Positions 8,556-19,160 of a stretch of DNA of 64,000 nt are shown here, piece after piece. The translations under genes were made by a program, and so were the position numbers. Source of the stretch: Candidatus Melainabacteria bacterium 17Bon1m (GTDB lineage: Bacteria; Cyanobacteriota; Vampirovibrionia; Obscuribacterales; Obscuribacteraceae). A model generated the notes under the pieces. The model did no database searches, had not been told where the DNA came from, and saw only the letters and a program-made list of their open reading frames with translations. Where the stretch lies: assembly GCA_032128875.1 (NCBI GenBank), contig JAVLKG010000004.1, positions 320,001 to 384,000 on the forward strand. Direction: 5' to 3'. How positions within the stretch are numbered: position 1 is the stretch's first letter; each line of letters starts with the position of its first letter.

Positions 8556-10721
8556 ATGGTTAGAAACAAGAATTACTATGCGGCTCTGGCGGCAAGCCTG
8601 GCAATCTGTGTATCGGTGGGAGCTGGCAGCTCTTTACAGGCTGCGTCCATAAGCCCTAAAGCACAAAAACAAACAAATCAAGAAGCAAAATTAGAGTCAA
8701 AGTCTGAGAAGAAGTCAGCAGCAAAAAATCCATCAGAGAAGGCCGCAAAGGACGATTCTTCGACAGCCTCACGAAATTTTTCCGCCAGTATGGATAAGTC
8801 CGTTTCCCCGTCAAAGGATTTTTATCAGTACGCAAATGGAACCTGGCTTAAAAACACGCCAATTCCTAATGAGTACGACAAATGGGGCGTTCTCAACATA
8901 ATCAATGACAAAAACTTGACGCTCGTTCGCACTCTTTTAGAGGATGCAGCCAAGAAGTCTTCCAAGTCGGGAACAGTCGAACAGAAAATTGGCGATTTCT
9001 ATAAAGTCGGAATGGACACAAAGAAATTAGAAGAGGATGACATCAAGCCTCTTGCCGATGAGCTGAAGCGAATTGATAACCTGAAAACTCTTGATGACCT
9101 GCGTGCTGAACTCGCACATCTGCACGGCATTGGTATTGGTGTTCTATTTTCTTTTGGATCTGGTCAAGATTTCAAAGATGCCACAAAAGTAATTGGGCAA
9201 GCAGGACAGGGCGGTCTAGGTCTGCCGGAGAGAGACTATTACTTCAATCAAGCCGACCGTTTCAAGAAGATTCGTGGCGAATATGTCAGTCATATTGCTC
9301 GAATGCTTGGACTTCTGGGAATAGAAGCCGCCGATGCGAAGACGCGCGCGCAAAAGATAATGGAGATTGAGACGCAGCTTGCTGACGCTTCAATGGACAA
9401 TATTCAACTGCGTGATCCGGAAAAAATCTATCACAAGATGAATGTGAAAGAACTGACCGAAATGACTCCGCGTTTTTCATGGCCAGTGTATTTTTCAGAA
9501 ATCGGCTACCCAGGAATCAGTGAAGTCAACGTTGGACAGCCGGATTTCTTCAAAAAACTCGATCACCAAATCTCAGCCGTGACCATGGATCATTGGAAAG
9601 ATTATCTGCGCTGGCACTTGATTGACGCAGCTTCTCCATATCTGTCATCTCGTTTTGTTGATGCTGATTTTGATTTCCATGGAAAAGTTTTGACAGGCAA
9701 AAAAGAAAATCTTCCTCGCTGGAAGCGTGTCGTCAATTCAACCAATCATGCAATTGGTGAAGCTGTCGGACAACTCTACGTGAAGACTGCATTCACGCCC
9801 GACGCTAAAGCAAAAGCTTTGAAGTTGGTCAAAAAATTGCGCGAGGTGCTGAGAGAGGATCTTGGAATTTTGGAGTGGATGGATGACACCACCCGCAAGA
9901 ACGCTATCGCCAAGCTCGATGCATTTGTAGCGAAGATTGGATATCCGGACAAATGGAGAGACTACAGCGCGCTCAAGATCAATCAGGATTCATATATATC
10001 GAATGTTTTCCGCGCAGAACAATTTGAGTTCAATCGCAATCTGGCCAAAATCGGTAAGCCTGTTGATCGCACCGAATGGCTGATGACTCCTCAAACAGTA
10101 AATGCGTATTACTGGAGCGAGATGAATGAAATTGTTTTCCCTGCCGGAATTCTCCAGCCGACAATTTTTGATCCTAAAGCTGATGATGCCACGAACCTTG
10201 GTGCGATGGGCATGGTCATCGGTCACGAGATGACCCATGGTTTTGACGACCAGGGAAGCAAATTCGATGCTCAGGGCAACATGAAAAACTGGTGGTCCGC
10301 CGGCGATGAAAAGCGCTTCAAAGAAAGAATCGCACTCATCGAAACTCAATACGATGGCTATACGGTTGATGGGGACACACATCTCAAAGGTAAATTGGTC
10401 GCCGGAGAAGCCGCGGCAGATTTAGGTGGTTTGACGATTGCATATAAAGCCTTGGAAAAAATCCTGGAAGGCAAACCGCGAGTAAAGGATGCTGAAGGAT
10501 TTACGCCTGAGCAAAGGTTCTTCTTGTCATTTGCACAAGCCTGGGCGACAAATATTCGTCCGGAGAAAGAGCACATGATGGCAGCGACAGATCCTCACCC
10601 GATTCCGAAATATCGAGTGAATGGAACACTCGCAAACATGGATGCTTTTGAAAAAGCATTTGATGTGAAAGGTGAAAACACAATGATGCTTCCGAAGAAC
10701 AAACGTTGCTACCTCTGGTAA
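8556..10721 (+). CDS. Secreted M13 family zinc metallopeptidase (neprilysin/PepO-like)
   Basis: Signal peptide from ATG 8556; DFYQYANGTW, VNAYY, zinc motif HEMTHGFD, GEAAAD, DPHP. Confidence 0.96.
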   Translation: MVRNKNYYAALAASLAICVSVGAGSSLQAASISPKAQKQTNQEAKLESKSEKKSAAKNPSEKAAKDDSSTASRNFSASMDKSVSPSKDFYQYANGTWLKNTPIPNEYDKWGVLNIINDKNLTLVRTLLEDAAKKSSKSGTVEQKIGDFYKVGMDTKKLEEDDIKPLADELKRIDNLKTLDDLRAELAHLHGIGIGVLFSFGSGQDFKDATKVIGQAGQGGLGLPERDYYFNQADRFKKIRGEYVSHIARMLGLLGIEAADAKTRAQKIMEIETQLADASMDNIQLRDPEKIYHKMNVKELTEMTPRFSWPVYFSEIGYPGISEVNVGQPDFFKKLDHQISAVTMDHWKDYLRWHLIDAASPYLSSRFVDADFDFHGKVLTGKKENLPRWKRVVNSTNHAIGEAVGQLYVKTAFTPDAKAKALKLVKKLREVLREDLGILEWMDDTTRKNAIAKLDAFVAKIGYPDKWRDYSALKINQDSYISNVFRAEQFEFNRNLAKIGKPVDRTEWLMTPQTVNAYYWSEMNEIVFPAGILQPTIFDPKADDATNLGAMGMVIGHEMTHGFDDQGSKFDAQGNMKNWWSAGDEKRFKERIALIETQYDGYTVDGDTHLKGKLVAGEAAADLGGLTIAYKALEKILEGKPRVKDAEGFTPEQRFFLSFAQAWATNIRPEKEHMMAATDPHPIPKYRVNGTLANMDAFEKAFDVKGENTMMLPKNKRCYLW

Positions 10722-10755
10722 TAACGTAAGTTTTTGCATATCGAATACATATAGT

Positions 10756-10796
10756 GCGAGCGGGGGAATTTCTGAAAACCCCTGCTCGTGCCCTTT
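10756..10796 (+). terminator. Possible intrinsic terminator after the M13 peptidase
   Basis: GCGAGCGGGG...CCCCTGCTCGT stem-loop about 35 nt after the stop codon. Confidence 0.5.
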
Positions 10797-10857
10797 ATGG
10801 CAAAAATTGCAAACGAGATTGCAAACCTAAAACCGTGATGTCAAGCAGGAAAGCGCT

Positions 10858-10882
10858 GGAACTTTATCTCGTCACTCGTGTC
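10858..10882 (+). promoter_or_regulatory. ECF-type promoter GGAAC-N17-GTC
   Basis: GGAAC tttatctcgtcactcgt GTC upstream of the ORF at 10959. Confidence 0.6.
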
Positions 10883-10958
10883 ATTAGGCACAGGTGAGAC
10901 GAAAGCGGCGTCGAGGATGTTGACGATGACGTTGCATCCAACGAAGCGAGGAGGACCA

Positions 10959-11216
10959 ATGAGAATGCACATGAATCAACAAGATAACGATTTGATGAGT
11001 GTTGAGCACTCCTCTTCTCATTTGTTAGACGCTCTCAAAAGCATTTTTACAGAGATGTTTTCAACCAATGAGGGGTCTCAAGACAAAGCTCTAGATCTAC
11101 TGCAAGACTCCAAAGGCTTTGACCCTGTGAAAAATCCTCAGAGTTTGGTATTTCCTAGACCAGTTATCAAAGAACGCACTCCAGACAAACGTTTACCTGT
11201 TCGTAAGGCAGCGTAG
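10959..11216 (+). CDS. Small hypothetical protein (85 aa)
   Basis: GAGGAGG RBS before ATG 10959, with the ECF-like promoter upstream. Confidence 0.65.
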   Translation: MRMHMNQQDNDLMSVEHSSSHLLDALKSIFTEMFSTNEGSQDKALDLLQDSKGFDPVKNPQSLVFPRPVIKERTPDKRLPVRKAA

Positions 11217-11394
11217 TTACAGCGAGTCAGCCTGTCTGGATGATGGTTGTTGAGTAGATAGCGGCGGCAAGTCGGCAAGAAGCGATTTTGCCGCCCGCAG
11301 AAAGAATTTGTCGGCTGATAATCGACGGAGATGTACCTGGGCTGCTAAGCTTGAAGGGTAGGCTTTGCCTGCTCTGAAGCTCTAGTGTGTTCAG

Positions 11395-14247
11395 ATGAGT
11401 ACGGACCCTCAAAGTGATCCCCACTACGTTCTCCAAGAACTGGAGAATGCAAAGCAGGTTTATGGTGGTGGCAATTATGCCGCTGCCGAACCATTACTGC
11501 GGGAAGTTTTTGAGAAGCTGCAAGCTCATCCCGAGGGCATGGCCTTTTGTGCCGAGTCTCTGTCGGAGATTTATACAGCTTGGGGAAAATTTTCCGAAGC
11601 GATTAAACTCAATCAGCGCTTCATCAATTTAACAGCACCGCAGCCCAACCATAATGTCACAGCAATTGGCTTGGCGCTTGAACGCATTGCCGCTGTCAGT
11701 CTGAAAGTCGGAAAGCAAGAACAATCTGAAAAGTTGAACAGACTTGCTGCTTCAGTGAAGGCAGGAAAAGTAGACGTAACCACGTTGGTCACTGATAAAG
11801 GCAAGATCCCAAACGCACCACCGACGACAGAACACACGTATACATTCCGTGCTTTGAGTCCAGACTCTCCTCCTCCCCCTCAACCTTCTGCTCCAGTTGC
11901 TGCTTCTTCTGATGTGCTATCAAAGCCAATTAAAGAAACGGCAATGTTTTCCAAACCGAATTTACCGGCGCAATCAGATATAGCAGCAGCCACACCGCCT
12001 GCGGTGGCACCTGCTGCTCCACAGCCTGCAGTGCCGACCGCTCCTACAGTTTCTTCAGTTCTCCCGTCTGCGCAACCGACGTCCGGGCTACCGCCAGCAC
12101 CTCAGGCACCAGCACCAACGCCAACGCCAACGCCAACGCCAACGGTGCCCACTCCAGCTGCACCATTTTCTTCGCCACAAATGCCTGCTGCACAGCCTGG
12201 ACCAGCTTCGCCACAACCGGCGGGGACTCCGCTGGCAGCATATACACCGCCAACTGCGCCTCCGGCGCCCTCAGCTGGTACAACACCTTCAGCTGATGTT
12301 CTGTCAAAACCCATAAAAGAGACAGCGATGTTCTCCCGCCCGTCTTTACCAGCACAAACAGCGATTCCTGCTGTTGCTGCTGGTCAAATGGGTGACGTTG
12401 CTGATTTCGCTGACTTCGATGAAGAGATCCCGGTAGATTCGACTTCTACTTCTGGCTCTCATCCTGCAGTTTCGCAAACATCTGCAGTTTTCCAAGCACC
12501 AGAAGTGCCACCATTATCTTCGCCATCACCAGTTACGCCACCGCAAACGGTACCAGCTCCAATTGCGGCACCACCGTCAGTTCAAGAGCCCTCAGTAGAA
12601 TCTGCCGGGGATGATTGGAGTCAAATGGAGTCTGACGATTGGGGGCAACCGCAAGAGCCGGAAGCCGACGGATGGGGAGCTGCCGAACCAGCTGATCATC
12701 AGGAGTTCGGGCAGCAAGAACAATTCAATTCTCCATCTCAACCTCAGGTTCAATCGCAGCCTGTTGCATTCTCTCCTCAACCTCCAGCTCTCAGCGGCCC
12801 CCACAGTCCACAATTTCAAGCTCCGCAGCCGTCCAGCTCTGAACCGTCATTTCCTGCTCCGGAGCCTCATTTTTCGCCCGAGTCAGCAGCGGCTCCAGCT
12901 TCATTTGAAGCACCCGCTGCGGATCTCAGTACTGCATCCGGCTCGGGTAATTTTGATGCTCAATTCGATCCTGCCGAGCTCAACGCAATTGACTCGCAAA
13001 GGGCATCTTCGGCAACAAATGCCGCGTCGAGTGCTCGTTCTATAAGGTCAATGTCTTCTCGCAACATGGCGGCCCCGCCTGTTGCAAGCGGCCCGGACAT
13101 GGGCGGTCTAATGGGCATGATTGCTAGTATGTTTGTAGGAAAGCGAGATCCCGATCAACCTGTTCAGCAGTTGGTTGATCCGAGCACCACCTCTGCAAAC
13201 GCTGCCGGTGCACTACTAGTAGTGGCGGCGATCTTCATTGGTGGTTTTTACTGTCTCTATAATTTCATTCCGAGAAAATTGACGCCTGAGCAAGCTTATC
13301 TAGCAATTCAGCACAAATATGTCTCCGTTGATTCATCAAAGACTTTCAATTTGTTGGATGAGTCAACCTGCGAATTCACTGTTGGTGAAAACAAGCTCAA
13401 GGCAAGGTTGAAGTTTTACCTCGACGACTGGCGCGATGCGCTTGATCTCTCGCTGGGTAAAGCTGGGCAGAAACAGTTTCTTATGATCAAGTCGGATGAC
13501 GGCTTGGTGGATGAGAACGAAGCCAGATTGTACTTGCATGGCGGTCCTGAAATTCAAATCGCTAATAAGCTAGATATCGTTGGTCAGTATGCCGGATTGG
13601 TTTTTACAAGAACCAAGAAGTATCCGACTAGCGGTGATCTAATGGGCGGTGCTGCTGATCTTCACTATTTGAATCCATATAGCAAAAAGAGAGAAGTTCC
13701 GTCTTTCCACTCTATTGTGGTTGGAAAAGGCTTAACAGTCTCTCTTGATGCTGATCACGCTCGTACAAAGTTTTACGATGATCTTCTTGCCGGACAGATT
13801 CCAAAAGACACTCCGAAGGCACACCCTGGCGAGATTCGCTGCTATGCAGTTGATTTCTTGAGCCCTCGCGGAAACATTCAAGCGTTTATCGTTCAGATAA
13901 TAGGTAAAGACGGCAAACCCGTAGGCAGTGCGAAAGCAAGAACGGCATATCTGTACGCGCTTGAAGATGGCAAGGAGTATAAGCCGATTGGGCCAGCGCA
14001 ATTGCCTTACAACGGGGAACAAGGTCTGCGACCGATTGTTGTCTGGCTTTTAATGGATAAACTCGACTCCAACTTTGTCCTTCTTTTGACAATGGCTCCA
14101 GTAGTGGTGTTCACAATATTATCGTTCGTGTTTTTGGTCCTGTCCTTTTTGATCCCGAGAGGATTGGGACGTGCAGTTGCCGTCATGCTGTTGGCTGCAT
14201 GCGCGATCCCCGCATTGACGTTCTGTTTTGCGAAATTCTTGCCTTAG
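11395..14247 (+). CDS. Large membrane protein: N-terminal TPR-like helices, long Pro/Ala/Ser-rich linker, TM, extracytoplasmic domain, C-terminal TMs
   Basis: 950-aa ORF with TPR-like YAAAEPLL...LSEIY...AIKL, low-complexity region at about aa 135-560 and hydrophobic segments near aa 605 and 895-945. Confidence 0.85.
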   Translation: MSTDPQSDPHYVLQELENAKQVYGGGNYAAAEPLLREVFEKLQAHPEGMAFCAESLSEIYTAWGKFSEAIKLNQRFINLTAPQPNHNVTAIGLALERIAAVSLKVGKQEQSEKLNRLAASVKAGKVDVTTLVTDKGKIPNAPPTTEHTYTFRALSPDSPPPPQPSAPVAASSDVLSKPIKETAMFSKPNLPAQSDIAAATPPAVAPAAPQPAVPTAPTVSSVLPSAQPTSGLPPAPQAPAPTPTPTPTPTVPTPAAPFSSPQMPAAQPGPASPQPAGTPLAAYTPPTAPPAPSAGTTPSADVLSKPIKETAMFSRPSLPAQTAIPAVAAGQMGDVADFADFDEEIPVDSTSTSGSHPAVSQTSAVFQAPEVPPLSSPSPVTPPQTVPAPIAAPPSVQEPSVESAGDDWSQMESDDWGQPQEPEADGWGAAEPADHQEFGQQEQFNSPSQPQVQSQPVAFSPQPPALSGPHSPQFQAPQPSSSEPSFPAPEPHFSPESAAAPASFEAPAADLSTASGSGNFDAQFDPAELNAIDSQRASSATNAASSARSIRSMSSRNMAAPPVASGPDMGGLMGMIASMFVGKRDPDQPVQQLVDPSTTSANAAGALLVVAAIFIGGFYCLYNFIPRKLTPEQAYLAIQHKYVSVDSSKTFNLLDESTCEFTVGENKLKARLKFYLDDWRDALDLSLGKAGQKQFLMIKSDDGLVDENEARLYLHGGPEIQIANKLDIVGQYAGLVFTRTKKYPTSGDLMGGAADLHYLNPYSKKREVPSFHSIVVGKGLTVSLDADHARTKFYDDLLAGQIPKDTPKAHPGEIRCYAVDFLSPRGNIQAFIVQIIGKDGKPVGSAKARTAYLYALEDGKEYKPIGPAQLPYNGEQGLRPIVVWLLMDKLDSNFVLLLTMAPVVVFTILSFVFLVLSFLIPRGLGRAVAVMLLAACAIPALTFCFAKFLP
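12115..12144 (+). repeat. Hexanucleotide tandem repeat (CCAACG)x5 encoding (PT)5
   Basis: Five perfect CCAACG units, in frame. Confidence 0.9.
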
Positions 14248-14741
14248 GGTTGCTGCAACTGAATTCGTTCGACCACAACTGCTGTTCCGTAGCAGACGAT
14301 TTCAGTGCCAAAGTCATTGCTGCCGCCCTGAAATGCGTCTGAGTCATATTTGACACCAACTATTGCATTGGCACCTCTGGTTAATGCTTGTTGCACCATC
14401 CCGTCGTAAGCGCCTTGGCGACCTGTTTCGCAGTTACGAATGTAAGCGTTGACCTTGCCGCCGAACATACCCTGAAAACCAGCTTTGAATTGCTGAATGG
14501 TATTAGGTTCGCGCACCATAACACCGCGGACGATACCACGATATTCTTTGATTCTAAAACCCTCCAGCGATGGCGTCGTGGACACGATGATTCCGCCTGC
14601 CGTATTGGAACTGTCGATCGTTGCTTGGGCGACAGTATTTTGAGCGAGGACGGATTTTTTTGTCGACTCATCGGCGTTCGTAGGCAAAGTGCAAATGATG
14701 CTGGCGATTGCCAAAAGGAGAGCAAAACCGGATTTTCTCAT
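14244..14741 (-). CDS. YbjQ/UPF0145 family protein with signal peptide
   Basis: STTPSLEGFRIKEYRGIVRG and GANAIVGVKYD...YGTAV motifs. Confidence 0.9.
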   Translation of the reverse strand: MRKSGFALLLAIASIICTLPTNADESTKKSVLAQNTVAQATIDSSNTAGGIIVSTTPSLEGFRIKEYRGIVRGVMVREPNTIQQFKAGFQGMFGGKVNAYIRNCETGRQGAYDGMVQQALTRGANAIVGVKYDSDAFQGGSNDFGTEIVCYGTAVVVERIQLQQP

Positions 14742-14947
14742 AGCGGTACCTTTCGTTATCTTCTCGACTGCCCTTCCGACCAGTCTGGTGGGTCGTCGAA
14801 ATTATAAGCTATCTTCTGTGATTCATGCCAAGAGGTGTGCCAAAGTGGCTTCTAACGTATGAAAAGTCAAGCTCTGATAGCATTAGTAGGTTACTGTGTG
14901 CGGCTGTCAGCCGTCTAGAATTCGAAGCTCGGTGGTCAGGTTATTCG

Positions 14948-17626
14948 ATGGCTCTGCCTCATCAAGTGCCTTTATTCAAAGCCCTGGATGCTGTAGACAA
15001 CCAGGATTTTGATACCGCTGAGAAAGAAATCAACCATTTTTTCACCGCTCTGGAGAACGACCCGATCGCCATTGACTGTCGTAGGCAGCATTTTGAACGT
15101 CAGGTTTTCGAAGCGGATTTCTTGAGCATTTTGACTAAAGAGGAAATTGACGCCTGGGGCATTCTGGCGTCGATCAAACTATCACGCTCTGATCTCGATG
15201 GAGCGCGTGCTGACTGCTATCGAATGATTGAGCTTATCGACCAATATTATGGTTTTGACACGCCGTCATGGGATTCGCCCGAAGCTCGAATTCCAATTAA
15301 TCCGGAATTGATGAGTCGATACTTTCAAATTGCCAGCTATCTCACAGAGATCTACGAAGCTCAGGATGATCTGGAAATGAGCAAGCGCTGGGCTAATGTT
15401 CGCAAGACCGCGGTCTCCGACATTCAACATCCTGATGAAGTCTGGGGGCGTTGGATTTCCGATGAAAATCCTCCCGGAGCCGTCGGAATTACTATCTATG
15501 AATTTTCGGATTGGCAGATTGAAAAACGCACCGTAGACGGAAAAGACTGGTTGATTAACATCTATCGCTCGTTGAGTGAGCGCGTTTCACCACTGGAGAT
15601 GAACTGGTTGGTGGCGATTCATATACCAACAGATAATCTGGCCGATGTGCCATCAAAAGCGATGCGCTGGAAAATTTGGAGTCTTCGTCTGGCAATTGCA
15701 TCGCGCATGCATAAGGCAGGGGTAGGCGCGTATTTTGGTGAACTGCAGACGCGTGGAGAGCGCGTCTTACTTTACTATGCCAGTGGCGATGAAGATGCGC
15801 GTGCTGCGATCGGACGTATTCTCGAAGAAGCTTCTGAATTGAATCCTATTCTTGAAATTCGACACGATGAAGGTTGGAGAGAATACTCGAAATGGGGAAA
15901 TAGCGCCGTTATAGTAACTTCACCAACAGCGGTGGCTATGCCAGAGCCGCGTGAAGATGAACATGAGAATGACAAGCTTCTGAGGGGTATTTGGTCGGCT
16001 TGCGAGTCTATTCATGATGCGATGAGTCGACTGTATGCGCTTGTAAACGACTGCGCGAAAGTACCGCCGCAAGGACAGGATTTCAAACGCTTTTGTATTG
16101 AATACCTCTTCGGCTTGAAGGACAAACTGTCCAATAAAGATCGAACAATGGCGCTTGTGCATTTGATGTGGAATTTGCCCAAGATTGATCCTGATGCATC
16201 GATTCGCGCATTTGACGAGCTTTGGGTAGAGCCGTATCCGACAGAAGACGACACAACACTGAATTTGGCTGCTTGTGCATTTGCTGATGTTGCTCCGCTA
16301 AAAGCTCTGGAAATTGCGCAGTTTTTGAAAACCAGGAATTATTCGATAGTGCACACAGCACTGGCGAAAGTCGCTCAAAAATTGGCTGAGACTGATCCCA
16401 AGAAAGCAATGGAAATTGCGCAAGACGCTCGTATTGGAATAATCGAGGGTGCGGATTCAGAATTTGGTAAAGCCAGTTTTCTCATGGAATTAGCAGGCGA
16501 TGTCGCCGAGTTGTCTCCTGAATTTGCACGTGAGCTATTGATAGAAGCAGAAGCATACATGCATGATATTGACGCCTTTGAGGTGAAGGATCAGGCTTAC
16601 ATAAGTTTGTTACACCTTACTCAAAAACATGCTTGCGATAAATTGCCCGAATTCTCCAAGCGCGCCGTAGAAAATTGCATCAAATTGGAAGTGGATGATC
16701 CAAATGATTTCTGGGGTTTTGGCGGACCAAGAAGAGCAATTCTCTCGCAGACTTTGCTGGTGCCGTTTGTAGCTACATACGATCAAGATGAAGCACTGAA
16801 TTTGTTGAACCGTGCCTTCAATCTTTTGAACGATATTGATGAAGATGCGTTTGGTCGAATACTGCATCTTTCCAACATCGCTGAAGCTGCAGCCGTCCTT
16901 GATCATACGGCTAACAAGTCGCTGGCTGAGGACGTCTGGTCAGAGCTGACAAAAAGCATGGAAAGTGTAAGCGCGCAAGATTCTTACTTCTTGAGCCAGC
17001 GATTAGAAGCAGGCGCAAATAGTCCAATTATTCCTTTTGTACTTATGAATCCATCGGTGGCTGATGAGCGTTTTACCTCTGTCATCAAAGTGTGCAATTC
17101 CGTAACCTTGCCTGAACGAGTGGTTACGCTGATGTGCACATTTGCTGCGGTTTTTAACCAACATTTTCCCCGAAGGACGAAAGAGCTAATAGCGCTTGCT
17201 TCAGAGAGAGCGCCTGAATGTTCTTCTGAGCAATTGTGTGTCAAATCGTGCATGCAAGTGGTGGCAACAATGGATAGAGTAAACCTGCTATCCGACAATG
17301 AATTCGATCATGTGCTCGGTATGATTCGCAACAACAATGATGAATCCGTCAAGTTTCATTTATTGCTGGAGTGCTCAGCATTGCTCTCGTCGACGTCTCC
17401 TGCGAAGTGCGCGACCTTACTTGATGATGCCACCAAAATTTTTGAGTCTAATGAAATAGAACTCGGCGATGCGATCGAGTTGATAAAACAATTACCAGCT
17501 CGACAGTGCAGCAAGTTATTGTTCATGATCTTGGACAAGCATAAGAACGAATCACAGCGCAGAGCTGCCTTGAGTTGGCTATCCAATCAATTTGGTAAAG
17601 AAGGCGCAGAAGATATTCGACCTTAA
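14948..17626 (+). CDS. Large helical-repeat protein with an internal DUF695-like domain
   Basis: Long ORF (the track starts at 14825; start placed at MALPHQ). Segment YFGELQTRGERVLLYY...HDEGWREY resembles DUF695; the rest looks like an alpha-solenoid. Confidence 0.75.
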   Translation: MALPHQVPLFKALDAVDNQDFDTAEKEINHFFTALENDPIAIDCRRQHFERQVFEADFLSILTKEEIDAWGILASIKLSRSDLDGARADCYRMIELIDQYYGFDTPSWDSPEARIPINPELMSRYFQIASYLTEIYEAQDDLEMSKRWANVRKTAVSDIQHPDEVWGRWISDENPPGAVGITIYEFSDWQIEKRTVDGKDWLINIYRSLSERVSPLEMNWLVAIHIPTDNLADVPSKAMRWKIWSLRLAIASRMHKAGVGAYFGELQTRGERVLLYYASGDEDARAAIGRILEEASELNPILEIRHDEGWREYSKWGNSAVIVTSPTAVAMPEPREDEHENDKLLRGIWSACESIHDAMSRLYALVNDCAKVPPQGQDFKRFCIEYLFGLKDKLSNKDRTMALVHLMWNLPKIDPDASIRAFDELWVEPYPTEDDTTLNLAACAFADVAPLKALEIAQFLKTRNYSIVHTALAKVAQKLAETDPKKAMEIAQDARIGIIEGADSEFGKASFLMELAGDVAELSPEFARELLIEAEAYMHDIDAFEVKDQAYISLLHLTQKHACDKLPEFSKRAVENCIKLEVDDPNDFWGFGGPRRAILSQTLLVPFVATYDQDEALNLLNRAFNLLNDIDEDAFGRILHLSNIAEAAAVLDHTANKSLAEDVWSELTKSMESVSAQDSYFLSQRLEAGANSPIIPFVLMNPSVADERFTSVIKVCNSVTLPERVVTLMCTFAAVFNQHFPRRTKELIALASERAPECSSEQLCVKSCMQVVATMDRVNLLSDNEFDHVLGMIRNNNDESVKFHLLLECSALLSSTSPAKCATLLDDATKIFESNEIELGDAIELIKQLPARQCSKLLFMILDKHKNESQRRAALSWLSNQFGKEGAEDIRP

Positions 17627-17630
17627 CGCC

Positions 17631-19007
17631 CTAATGCGGCCGGGATGGTGGCGCTGAGAGAATCAAGTCATTACCTTTCCAGTGCGTTTTCATTACCGGA
17701 CTTTGCAATTCACCACGATCTTTTAAAACTTCCGAAACTACCGAGTTCTTCATCTGCGCGAAGGCATCTCCTAAAGTGATGTTGCCACCCTTGCTGCGCA
17801 GGGCTTGAATGAGATTGTGTGTAAAAACACCATTCTCATACCGCTTCGATTCCCATGATACCTGACTTGGCTCGCTTGAGCAGATCACCAATTGACCGGT
17901 ACCGAGCAGCAAAGAATTGCTGTCGAAGTTGCCAATTCTCGTGAGTCCTTTAGCAGGATTGGCGGCACCACTATGGCAGGCGTCGACGATGAGTACAACT
18001 CGATTAGAATGAACTCGTTGTTTGACTGCAGCGGCAAGATCTTGCAGAGGTAGACCTGTCGCATAGAGACTGCCTGGATCCGTATCGTGCATCACCAAAT
18101 AATTCAGACCTTCAAGATCGCTGCTTGATGGACTACCGTGTGTCGATATAAAGATCAAAACCAGGTCATTCGGTTGCGCATTATGAGGCAACCATTTATC
18201 ACCGATTTGCGCCATGACGTTCGATTTTGTAGCTTGATCGTCAACGAGAAGCTTTACGTGATCGGGCGCAAAATTCGCTTCTTTGACTAGAAAGTCTCGT
18301 AAATCTGCAGCATCCTTTGCCGGATACTTCAAATTGATTTCCGGTTTTTGAAATTTGCTGATTCCAATAACAAGTGCCCATTTATCATCAATGGGCTTAT
18401 TCAGAGCGTCGTCTGACGACACAGGTTTATCCGGAATGGATATTGTTGTCGTGGTCGATGTTCTTTCAATTACCCTTGGTGTGCTCTTCTCTTCAGGTTG
18501 CGCCGCCACTTTAATCGTCGTAGTTTCTTGCCGACTTGGTGGTTTTCTTTCCGCGGTATTTTCAGCCAACATCGAATTGTTCTGACCGAAGCCGGTGCCA
18601 TCGAGGAGCACCTTGTATTTCAATCGCACGCCAACGTCCACGCCAAACATGAGCTGCATGGTAAGTGTTTGTCTTGAATTCAAGTGCACGGCAGCCGCTT
18701 TCATCGAGTCGTCGCTACCAGCCGACCATGAAAGATTGGTGAGCTCTTTTCCGGCACTGTCGCGCAAAACAACACGCATTACCGTTGAATAAAAGTCTGT
18801 TGCTCCGCCCACTTTTACAGTGACATCGCCAGGACCCGCAACAAATGAATAGTAGTGACTTTGTCCTTTAGGCTCTTCGCTACCGCTGACTTCTTTACTG
18901 GACAATGCAACCGGATTTGATGCATCTCCGATCGCAAGCACAGCGGTGCCTGTGCCTAAGGACAAGCAGAGCGAAACGAGAATGCCTAGAAGGTTGAGTC
19001 TTTTCAT
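17631..19007 (-). CDS. Secreted caspase-family (peptidase C14) protein
   Basis: Signal peptide, N-terminal beta-rich domain, KWALVIGIS, catalytic dyad STHGS / DACHSG, NGVFTHNL. Confidence 0.92.
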   Translation of the reverse strand: MKRLNLLGILVSLCLSLGTGTAVLAIGDASNPVALSSKEVSGSEEPKGQSHYYSFVAGPGDVTVKVGGATDFYSTVMRVVLRDSAGKELTNLSWSAGSDDSMKAAAVHLNSRQTLTMQLMFGVDVGVRLKYKVLLDGTGFGQNNSMLAENTAERKPPSRQETTTIKVAAQPEEKSTPRVIERTSTTTTISIPDKPVSSDDALNKPIDDKWALVIGISKFQKPEINLKYPAKDAADLRDFLVKEANFAPDHVKLLVDDQATKSNVMAQIGDKWLPHNAQPNDLVLIFISTHGSPSSSDLEGLNYLVMHDTDPGSLYATGLPLQDLAAAVKQRVHSNRVVLIVDACHSGAANPAKGLTRIGNFDSNSLLLGTGQLVICSSEPSQVSWESKRYENGVFTHNLIQALRSKGGNITLGDAFAQMKNSVVSEVLKDRGELQSPVMKTHWKGNDLILSAPPSRPH

Positions 19008-19160
19008 GAAATGAGAAATTGCTTTGTTGTCATATTCTAGTCGATCATGAAGTCTTTCGCACCGGGCGCCCTTTCACGCCAACAGACGCCTGATAAAGAC
19101 CCTTTCATTCCAGTGATAAAATCATGCCTTACTGAGAGCTAACTTCTTCAGGAGAGAGCA

